Positions 1-10,413 of a stretch of 21,526 nucleotides of DNA are shown piece by piece. Both the position numbers and the translations under genes were made by a program. Below the pieces are notes generated by a model. The model made no database searches. It was not told the DNA's origin and saw nothing but the letters and a program-made list of their open reading frames with translations. The DNA comes from Paramecium tetraurelia (Eukaryota), in NCBI GenBank assembly GCA_000165425.1, contig CT868141.1:496001-517526 (forward strand), in the 5' to 3' direction. How positions within the stretch are numbered: the stretch's first letter is position 1; each line of letters begins with the position of its first letter.

Positions 1-993
1 AGTACCACTGGTTTCTTAAGAATTTTCTGGTTTAACCATACGAGCAATGCCAAAGTCTGTTAATCTTGGATATCCTTTCTTGTCAAGTACAATATTCTCA
101 GGTTTGATATCTCTATGAATAATTCCACTTTTATGTAGATACTCCAAAGCTAATAGCATACTTGCAATCAAGAACTCTAAGAATATTAAATATAATTGTT
201 ATACTAGTATGTTATTCTGAAAACCTACGCATTTTTCCAATATGATATCTGAGATCACCCCCTGTTAACAAATCCAGGACAAGATACAAATTATCTCTAT
301 CTTAAAAGGAGTAATGAATATTGGCTATAAATGGATGTTTGAGTTGCGAGAGAAGAATACGTTCATTCATAACTGAATTGACAGATTTTTTGGCCAAAAC
401 CCTTTTAGCTAAATTTAGACTTACTTTGCTTTACTCATCTCTTTGATAGCGAATAGTTTACGTGTTTTGATCATCTCAACTCTCCAAACCTTTCCAAATC
501 CACCTTTTCCCAGGACATAATGAAATTTAAAATTGCCCCTTCCTAATTCATTATTCGTCGTTGCCACTTTCAAAGTATACTGGTCTTCTATAAGTCGTGA
601 ATTAGGTCTAGAATAGATGGAGTTTCTAAAGCTGCGTCTTTCTGAGGATTTGGGTGCTTAGAAAAGCTTCGGTTATTAATCTAACTAAAAATGATATGAT
701 TTTCTAGGAAGTTATCTTAATTGAGGACTAGCACTCTTCTTTTAATTGGAGGGATCTTCTTGTCTTTTTCGATTGTGACTGAAGGAGTTGTCATTTTGAA
801 AACAAAGGTTTGTCTTCCACATGTTTTGTTAGTCCTTAGGAGATGTTGGAGTTGAAATTGGAATGGGATTATTGAATGAAGGCAATTTGGAGTGGCGGGT
901 GGTTAGTATTGATTGGTTTTATTTCACACGATAGAAACTAGTATCTAAGGCGTAATTTTGTATAATATTTCTTTGGCCTATTGAATTCTTCAT
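1..993 (-). CDS. AGC-group Ser/Thr protein kinase (3' end runs off the window start)
   Basis: ATG at 993 and no in-frame TGA under the ciliate code. A ~155-aa low-complexity N-terminus precedes [16 protein letters not shown]...[11 protein letters not shown]...HPFI...[11 protein letters not shown]...[35 protein letters not shown]...ETSGT. Introns 402-424 (23 nt) and 177-204 (28 nt) restore the frame. Confidence 0.95.
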
Positions 994-1010
994 TTTTAAT
1001 AATTTAATAT

Positions 1011-4000
1011 ATGAACAAGAAAGATAAGAAAATCTAGGAGAAGAAAGAAAAGGAAGCCAAGAGACAGTAACTGTTGGCTGCATTGGCTAAATCCTAATTG
1101 ACACAAGAATAGATGAATCAACTCAACAGTATAAAGGATGCCACAAGTAGCAAAAGAGACCGTAAGCATTCTGTGGGAAATCACATGGAGGAAGAAGTCA
1201 TTAATGAAAATAAGGAAGAAGCTCAATAGGATAGCAATAGCAAATAACAAGTGAATATATTTCAGACCACTGTATATGAGAATGAGAATCCAATCCAGAT
1301 TCAACAACATGAGTCTCATTAAAAAATGTCTGAGGCAGAACGCTTAGAAATCATGGCCAAATAACTGTTCCCAGACATTAGTTTAGAGTCATTTGATTAA
1401 AAAAGAATCCCAAAAGGATAGGTTTAAGCATAACCAAGAGAATTGATATCAGAATATGATCCAGAGAAGGATGATATTTACGACATTGATCCATAATCAA
1501 TTACAAATTACGATACCTTGCTTACAGATATAAATTCATTCAAAAATTAATCAATAAATAGAGATGAAAATATTATCAAACAACGAGCCTAATTACCAAT
1601 TTTAATATAAGAGAATGACATCATTGATGCCATTAAAGGCAATCTAATTACATTAATATCGGGAGAAACGGGGTGTGGTAAGAGTACTTAAATTCCTTAA
1701 TTTCTATATGAGGCAGGATTCACAGAATTTGGTGCAATTGCAATCACACAACCAAGAAGATTGGCAGCAATTTCATTGGCATAAAGAGTGAGAGATGAAA
1801 CTGGATTTACTATGGGCAAAGAGATATCTTATTAAGTTAAACATGAATCTAGTGGAATTGATGTTGATCGAATGAAAATGAAAGTAGATTTTATATTTAA
1901 TGTAGTTTATGACTGATGGTATTTTAATAAACGAAATGCAAACAAGTGTGATGGTACCATAGTATTCTGTAATAATTATTGATGAGGCTCATGAAAGAAA
2001 GGTAAACATAGATTTGCTGATCGGAGTGTTATCAAGAGTAGTTATTGCAAGGGCAAAGATGAATAAACCATTAAGGTTAGTTATCATGAGTGCCACTTTA
2101 AGATTGGATGATTTCTTAAATAATAAACTAGTATTTCCAAGAGCTCTCAATCTCATCAAAATTTAAACTCGTCAATATCCAGTACAAATATATTTCAATA
2201 AAGTGTAAGTACCTGTAATGATTGTAGGACCAAGGATGATTACGTTTCGGCAGCCATTGAAAAGTGTGTTAAAATTCATTAGACACTGCCCCCAGGAGAT
2301 GTTCTAATATTTCTGACTGGACAGAAAGAAATCCATTAGTGTTGTAGCATATTAAATGATAAATTACAATAAGGAACGAGAAAATAACAAATAGATGAAG
2401 AATACTCCAATAGTGAAGAAGAAAATCAATAATAATTAAATTAATAAGATAATGAAGAAGAAGTATAATAATAATAAGAAGTATAATAATAATAATAAGA
2501 AATATAATAATAATAAATAGATGATAAGGCTGATTATTTAGAATTAAAAAATCTAGTTGGAACTGTTTAAATGACATAGAATAATGCGTTTAAAATTGAT
2601 TCAGACTTATCAGATTTTATTGTAGTTCCACTTTATTCTAAATTAGATCTTAAAAATTAATAAATCATATTCCATAATAATCCAACTAAAAAAAGGATGT
2701 TTGTTATTGCCACTAATGTTGCAGAAACTTCAATCACAATTCCAACTATACGTTATGTTGTTGATGCTGGAAAACAAAAAAGGAAAATCACAGACTCCAA
2801 AATTGGATTAGAAAAACATGTTATTGGATGGATATCTTAGGCAGCTGCCGATCAAAGAAGTGGAAGAGCAGGTAGAACAGGTCCTGGTTATTGTTATAGG
2901 CTATATTCAACTGCTGTTTACTCAAATCAATTCTAAAAATTCGACAATCCAGAAATCACTTAAATCAGTTTGGATCATGTCATCCTACAAATGAAAAGCA
3001 TTGGAATCAAAGATGTCTATAAATTTCCATACTTGACAAATCCAGATATAAAAGAAATCAAAGATAGTCTTGGTAATTTGATCAAATTGGGAGCAATGAA
3101 AGTCAAATAAGAAACTAATTCTGATAATTCAAACATTACACAATTAGGTATCATATTGTCTTAAATACCATTAAGTCCAAAATATGGTAAATTCCTCCTA
3201 TAAACAAGAATAAGGAATTTGCTTTAATATGGCATTTTGTTGGTATGCATCTTAAGTGTTGAAGAAATAATCAATAAATCAGTGTTTCAAGTTCATACTC
3301 AAATTTAAGCAGATGATAACGAATAAGATGAAATCAAGCAGTTGGAATAAGAATAAAAACAATAATAACAATAAATTAAAGATCAATTCTAATCATATAA
3401 AAATTTGAAAGCTTTTATAGAAAAGCATGGTGAAGGATATAAAATAAGTGACTTAATATATTTAATGAATATTGTTGGAACAGCAATATCTTAGATTAAA
3501 GATGGTCAAGATATCTAATATTAAATTAATTAATTGTCTTAGCAATACCATTTTATTAGTAAGTCATTCAAAGAAATCTATTATAATTTGTTACAGATTC
3601 TTGAAATTTTGAATGTTATAGTGGAAGACAAAACCATAGTAACTCAATGTGTTTCTGCAATTAAATAGTATTAACGACCATCAAGAGAAGCTCAACTCGT
3701 ATTGGCTGAGTTAATAGTGTAAACAAATGGGTTACATAAAGTGGCAAAATTATAGTGTAAACTAGATCCAGAAAGAAATATCAATCGTTATTATTATACT
3801 ACTAGAGAATATGAATAGGTACACATACATCCAACAAGTATATATTATGGAAAATAGAACTGCGAATATATATCATATTGTCAACTGCTGACTTTCGGAG
3901 AACAACATTCATAAATCACCACTCCTAAAGTTTATATGGTAAATCTAACTGAAGTACCAAATAAGTCTCTCCTATATGATTTGGACACTCGATCTAGTTA

Positions 4001-4482
4001 ATTAAAGAAGCTTACAATCTATGAAAATAGTGAGTATTACGATTCAAAGAATGATAGAATGATGTGCAAAGGAAGTGCTGTAATAGAAAATTCTTGGGTT
4101 TTAGAGGAGATAGAGGTAATTATTATTATTAATATTAATTAATAGATACCATTCCCTAAGGATTAATTGGGATTTTATTCAAAATTTGCAAGATTTCTGT
4201 ATTCTGGAGAAATATTGTAGTTCTATTAGATACTCTAAAAATATTACAAATATAAGGTATCAGAAATTAGAGAATCAAATATGCAACCATATTCATAAAA
4301 AATAATAAAGGCACTCATGTTCAATGAGATAACAACCAAGAATGATCTCATTAAGAAATGGTCGAAAGATAAACAGTAATTATATGTTTAAACAAGTTAG
4401 ATTTCTACTTTAAGAATGTCTTGACTTTGTATAGGAAGCTTATCACTAGCTCATAAAGTCGAAATGGCCACCAATTGAATGA
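1011..4482 (+). CDS. DHX37: DEAH-box RNA helicase DHX37/Dhr1 (SSU processome, U3 release), ~1123 aa
   Basis: Motifs include [94 protein letters not shown] and [26 protein letters not shown]. The C-terminus is KWPPIE*. QFLYEAG, SATLR, the RecA2 insertion and the terminal WPP are typical of DHX37. Introns are 1884-1905, 2205-2227, 4116-4145 (3n, inferred) and 4376-4400; TGA at 4480-4482. Confidence 0.93.
2460..2516 (+). repeat. Coding tandem repeat GAA-RTA-(TAA)4-5 x3 = EVQQQQ EVQQQQQ EIQQQQ
   Basis: Three adjacent units (2460-2477, 2478-2498, 2499-2516) lie in frame within the RecA2 insertion of DHX37. Confidence 0.9.
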
Positions 4483-4507
4483 TCTTGTGTATATTATAAC
4501 AGTTTAA

Positions 4508-5315
4508 TCATAATTTTTTCACTCTAAAGTTTCTTATCAACACTATTTAGGTCCTTGAAGTTTACATTTGTTAACTTTATTGAGAATTTTGCAATTAGTT
4601 TAAACTATTAGTTCTTAACCTGGCTAATCTTTGATCTTTTTATTTGAAATCCTGATAGTAGGTAGATTTCAAGTAATTATCTGATAATTAGTTCTTCAAT
4701 TTTCTGGAAGTCTTGCTGGAGTTAGTTTCATCGCCATATCCTTTTGTTGCAAGAGTAAAATTATTATCAACTGATTGAGCTCCTCCTAAACGTCTCTTTC
4801 TTGGACTACGATAAACTGATGTGGGTGAGGATACTTTCCGTCTCCTTGGTAACCTGTTTAGTAGTTCAAAAAATTGAAGGTTGTTCAATATATTTTTGTA
4901 TCTTATTACTATTCGTACAGCCCATATTATCTATTTCCATTTCTTCATAATAAATCTTCTTCTATTGTGATTTGTACAAAAATAAGGTAATGAAACCATC
5001 ACCAGTTAAGCTGAAGCATTCAAGGTTCCTTCTCTACTAGACTACGAACTCTTTCCTCGTTTGTTGTATTTAAATCTACTTAAATATCATTCTTTACATT
5101 AGATATTTTCCTTTCCTTTCATTTAATTAGGTGAGTTCAATAAAAAATTTTTTTTAAGCACTCATTAGCAATTAAGGCAGAATGCGATTCATTTTCTTTT
5201 TACTCGTTACACTCTGGTTAATCTTTCTAAAATGAGTAGCTTTTTCAAAACGTCTAATCTAATAGTTTTCCATATCATTTTTATATATCGTAGGCAGTTT
5301 TCTTAAGTGCAACAT
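4508..5315 (-). CDS. Hypothetical basic protein, ~261 aa
   Basis: ATG at 5315 (MLHLRKLPTIYKNDMENYQ...). One 22-nt intron at 5076-5097 restores the frame into ...FIMKKWKQIIWAVRIVIRYKNILNNLQFFELL.... TGA at 4508-4510. The spliced length is divisible by 3. No domain recognised. Confidence 0.8.
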
Positions 5316-6298
5316 TTAATTTTTAGCACAATTTTTTCAATCAAGTTTATAACAATAAATTCAATTAAATAACCAATATATATTTACCACTCATATACAT
5401 TACTAAACAATGATATAATAGATTTTATATGCATTCATTATTTCTCCAATTATGCATCAATAAATTAATTCAATAATTTCTACTTAGTTCATAATAATTA
5501 TTATATTATTATGTAAAAATTAGTAAAAAAGCTTCCAATTCTTTAAAAGTTGAATATTTTCTTATGATGTTGATTCAAACATTTCTAAAATCTTTGAATA
5601 CTAAATTCAGACAATATTAAGACCATCTAGAAGAAAACAACACATCGTAGATAATTTAGAGATAAAATCGAATAAAATATTTCTAGCAAGTTTGAGCTAT
5701 GGTTTCTACTTCAACATTAAGAGGCTAGCTAAATAATCGCATTATTTATAAAAAGCAAAAAAGGATGATAAAAAGTCTCTTTCAGATCCAATTTAGTTTC
5801 AATGTTACAATATTGTAAAAAGGGTCATCTTATATATTTTTTTTGTGACCTAACTAAAAATAACTATTCTATAGTGCAATAAATTTGTTTTTTATAAGTC
5901 AAATGGATGCTTTTATAAATCTTGTATAATGTATGTATATATATATAATATTCAGTATATTGAAGTTAACTAATATTATTATAAAAAAGTGTAACATATG
6001 ACCTAGATTCATTTATAGAGTATTTATATGGAACAAATCTATGAGAGATGAGAAATATTTGACATAAATGAATGGATTTAGGATATAAATAAACAAATTC
6101 GTATCTTGGCAAATACTTATTTTATTTATATTATTTTAATAAAGACATAATTTATCAATTAATAAATTTATCAATATAATCATATTGTTTATCAATAAAT
6201 GTTTTTTAAGAAAAGAATTTGCTTAAATTTCATTAATATTAATAAAAGTTTAGATCTGTCTAACTTTTCCAAGACTCTTCTTAAATAAACCATCAAAA

Positions 6299-6872
6299 AT
6301 GGCTAACTAAACTCTCCAAGACTAGAATATATCAAAATTTAATTAAGAGAATGAAAACAATTCAAATTACCCAATAATGGCCTTCCTAAACAGATAAAAC
6401 AAATAAAGAGTAAAAAAACACTTAAACAGTAAGCAATATGATCAATAAGTAAATTTTTGTATTTATATATAGAATTGTGAATTTTAAGTTGAGGTTATAA
6501 ATTACAAAACCATAGAAAAGCAATTTACAATATACCAAATAAAGGTGATTTATGGATCACTTTATTGGATATTCTAAACAAGGTATAGTTTGTTAGAGGA
6601 TTTGAATTCCAAACTCAATAAATAGACGGTTTAACGATTGGAAAAGTTTCCCGAGAAAAGACTTTTTGGGAACTTAGATTAGTAGTTCATACTGAAACGC
6701 AAAACTTAAATAGATTTTTACCTTAAAGTATATATAAGCATATTAAATTTAGAGTCTGTTTAAATAAGGAAGGAATGAGAAAGCAGTTAAAGAATTTATC
6801 AAACAATCACAGAAAGCTGCTATAGAAATTAATGATCCATGTGAATTAAAACATTTTAAATTAGACGCTTGA
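6299..6872 (+). CDS. Small PX (phox homology) domain protein, sorting-nexin-like, ~174 aa
   Basis: The translation FQVEVINYKTIEKQFTIYQIKV...WIFQTRYSLLEDLNSKL...FPEKRLFGNLDQQFILKRKTQIDFYLKSL has the PX RY / PxK / R pattern. Introns are 6449-6472 (24 nt, inferred) and 6728-6752 (25 nt); TGA at 6870-6872. The start codon is less certain. Confidence 0.85.
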
Positions 6873-6898
6873 TAATATAATGTATATATAAATAGAAA

Positions 6899-8354
6899 TC
6901 ATAAAAACTTTTTATATATTTTTAATTCTTAAGGCATGGCTCCAATACTTTAATCACTTTTTTCAATATTTTTCACATAATTACTTGTATTAGTGTATCT
7001 GTGACTTGTATTTTGATGAGAACTAGTTTTTCTATGTTAGGATGGAGTAGAAAGTCCCATTATTTCTGAATGTAACTTCTACATAACCTTAATGGATTAA
7101 ATGAGTTCACCTTCATTATCACCAACCCTTGCTGTTAGCATTTTGAGTTTTTGATAGATGCATTGAGGATCTACTTACTTATTGTTAACTGCTGCAATCA
7201 CATCCTTTTCTAGCTTCAAAACATTCTTCTGAACCATTTTAAAGTAAGACTGAATAATTTATACAGAGGCTTGTTCTTCGGTTTCTTAGATAAGACCTGT
7301 AGAACTTCTTTTGTGTCTAGAGTTATCTGATATTTCTTTGGATGTGTTTGAACTATCTTTTGAAATTTCTTTTAAAAGTTGATTCTCTTTTTCTTTTATC
7401 ATTTCGCTATATTTTGGCGTTGATAGTTTCTTTTCTTCAGGATAATATTATTTCGTGTCAAATACCTTATCAGTTTTACTTTGCTATTACAATTACTGTT
7501 AGTATTATTGTTGTTATTAATATATGGTTTATTGCTATTGTTAGATAGGTTTTTTATTGTCGGTTTATTGAAACAATAATTAGGATGCAATAGTTGTTGG
7601 AGTTGCAACAGGAGTATTAGAATTAGGTTTAAAGAAGTCATTGATTTTGTTTTATTAAATGTTTGATGTATTCGCTTATGTTTTAGCCTTGCCTTAGAAT
7701 ATTAAATTTAATACATTCAATTGCAACTTCTTATTATTAGGGTACTTAATAGGACTGCTTTTTTTAGTGATTTGATTAGGTTGGCTTTGATTATTGTTTA
7801 CTGGGAGATATTCTTTCACTTCCTAAATTTGGTTTCTTTTTATTAAACTAGGAATGATTAAAGGCATTCTGTGGGTTATTGTGAGTGGCCTGTACAGTAA
7901 ACATTTCGCTTATCTTTTAGACATTCTTATTGTTTGGTTACGATAAATCTTAAATTTAATAGGCATTGGATTATCTTCTTCCCAATATAGCATCTTATTA
8001 ATTCTTTTAGAGTGAGAATTGGCTCTAGATTGAATATGAGACTTACTTCGTTAAGTACTTCTTTTTCCATTTCACTTGAATCTGTGATTAGATATAATTC
8101 ATTATTTTCTATCAACAAATTCTTGATATCATAAGTGTGTGTCAATTTACGACATTTTGGACATTGGATTCTAAATTTATTCTAGATTTGACTATTGTTT
8201 GGATTGAAATGTGATACCTTGTATTTTCTTGGATTTGTATATTGACTCCACATTTCATGCACATGGAATGTGAACATATCAATTGGATTGGATTTTAAGC
8301 AGTCATTTTGCATAGCTGACAAATAGTAGATGAGTTTGAACTTTTATTTAGCAT
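6899..8354 (-). CDS. N-terminal C3HC4 RING-finger protein (putative E3 ligase) with long Q/S/N-rich tail, ~461 aa
   Basis: ATG at 8354; RING pattern CQLC...CSHSMCMKC...CPKC. Introns 8192-8217 (26), 8025-8046 (22) and 7693-7714 (22) give one continuous frame to TGA at 6899-6901. Confidence 0.85.
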
Positions 8355-8396
8355 TAACTGATTATTATATTTTAATATTAATATATTGTAATGTGA

Positions 8397-8784
8397 TCAT
8401 TATGACTTGGTGATTTCTGTTTTTAAGCCATCGAATGTATCAACAGGAACATGTTGAGCAAGTGTATAATATTTGCCTTTTCCATCATCTTCCTCCTTCT
8501 TCTTTCTTTGTAATCTGACTCTGATTCTCCTGGGCAGATTTCTGATTCCTCTAGCCCAAACAGCCTCATTCAAAGATGGGTCGATTCTGACATCTTCTGT
8601 GAGCATATTCTTTCTTGCTGACAATTAACTCATTTTAATACCCGAAATTAACAATATAAGAGACAGCTTTTGGGGCCTTTTTTTTGAAATGTTTCCTTAT
8701 GAACCACCTTTTGTGAAGATTGATGGTGTAATCTCTGCTAACTTCACCCAAAGGGTTGGGCTTTCCCTTCTCCTTCTTTACCAT
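8397..8784 (-). CDS. RPL31: 60S ribosomal protein eL31 (L31), with apparent local frameshifts
   Basis: [25 protein letters not shown]...FKKKAPKAV...[36 protein letters not shown]...[23 protein letters not shown]. One intron runs from donor 8641 to acceptor 8618 (or 8614). Extra bases near 8685-8710 and 8642 disturb the expected reading (see findings). Confidence 0.93.
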
Positions 8785-8848
8785 TTCAAATAAATAATTT
8801 ATTTAATATCTTTAATCAAAAAAATATATAAAATAAAGTTAATTAAGC

Positions 8849-9563
8849 TCACAATTATTGCTTCACCTTTACAGGTCTTCTGTTGCTATTCTTACGGGAT
8901 TGCTATCTAGATATAATAAACAATGACTTACTAGAGATTCATGCTGTTGCTTGGACTCTACAATTTCTGCAGATCTTCATCCATGTATCGATAACCGAGA
9001 AAGATTTCCTGTTGCTGACCTTTTTGATGATTAGAATACCGTTCATCACTCTCATGACAAACCTTTAATATTCAACACACACATACTTTTTTGAGTACCG
9101 ATCTCAAATACAAGTTTCTGCGTTTTAACTGCATCATCGCTTACAATTAGTTCTGAGTGTATGCTTTCGTATGTTATGGTTATTTTGGAAGAGCATTCAA
9201 TTTTATTCGTAAATTTGCAATGTTGATTGGTTAATGCAATTTTATATTAAATGCATGATGAGATTGCTCAATATCATAATCACATCCTTTGTTCACATCA
9301 TATTTCTTATTGATTAATTGATTAACAAACACAAACCTTTCTTTTATTGATTCCCTCAGTGGAGTTGTTTAATGATTTGGAGGATTGACTCTTATGGGTG
9401 AAAGTTAAGGACTCTTTAAGAATAACTTTTTAAAGCTTAGCCTATCTGATGGTTGAGTTTTCGTTATGTTGGAAATCTGAGTGACTTCTTTTTTTTCGCT
9501 TTCCTCAGAATCCACAGATTACTCAATATCCCATCCTTACAGATAATCATTTTATTTATACAT
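8849..9563 (-). CDS. Hypothetical protein, ~221 aa
   Basis: ATG at 9563 (MYKQNDYLQGWDIEQSVDSEESEKK...). Introns are 9063-9086 (24 nt, contains an in-frame TGA) and 8907-8931 (25 nt); TGA at 8849-8851. No domain recognised. Confidence 0.78.
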
Positions 9564-10413
9564 AAAATTATATTCCTAAATCACACTAAATTCAGATAAT
9601 ATCATTTTATCAATTACATCTTTCAATAATAACAATAGACAGAATTACATTTACATCCAATCAATATCTGATGCTTAATTTCTGTCTTTAAAATATCCCA
9701 TGTGGGTTGATTCTAAAACATGAAGTTATGATTTCATACCATATTCTAAAATAGATGATAGGTTGATATTTTATGATATACATCATTAGAAAAACTTTAA
9801 GAATATTTATAGCTACTGATAAATGTTTATCTGTGAATATAAATAAATTCTGTTTTTTGATATAAATATGTTTTGATCTTTTTCTGTTAATATCAAAAAT
9901 AAGACAAAATATCTATTGGGATTAATTATGACTCTGAATATTTAATAAGAATTTCAGTAATAGAATGCAGGAGAACCAAAATTAGAATATAATTATAAAA
10001 TAATTGAAAAGGAAGATGTCTAAGATATAAAATATAAAACTGGAGTAGGAACTAACTCTTTTTTTTGTTAATAATGAGATATTACTTTTAAGCCCATCTA
10101 TCAATAGTAATAGTATGATTCTATCATTGCAGTTCCGAAGCGGGAATATAATCAATTTACAAAATAGTGATCAAGATAAATGATAATAAAATTAACTTTA
10201 TCAATTCTATTTTTATTCACTACATTTGAAAATCTTTAATAATATAGAAATTTAGACTTTGTATGCTTTATAGATAAAATCTATTTGGACATTGATAAGA
10301 TGGTATTACAACTTTGATGCAAAAAGTATTTTGTATCTAAAATTAATCTGAAATTGAAAATAATTATAATATCTTCTTTATATTTATTCATTGAAATTGA
10401 CTATATTTGGCAA

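Noticed and set aside
6199..6354. 51-codon ORF (MFFKKRICLNF...) overlapping the PX gene start in another frame
   Set aside because: No intron links it to the PX frame and it has no recognisable features. Paramecium 5' UTRs are usually short, so it is probably untranscribed. It could matter if the TSS maps upstream of 6199.
8641..8712. Programmed ribosomal frameshifting in RPL31
   Set aside because: It would need several shifts within 70 nt, and Euplotes-type AAA-TAA shifting does not apply where TAA is Gln. Indel error or decay is more parsimonious.
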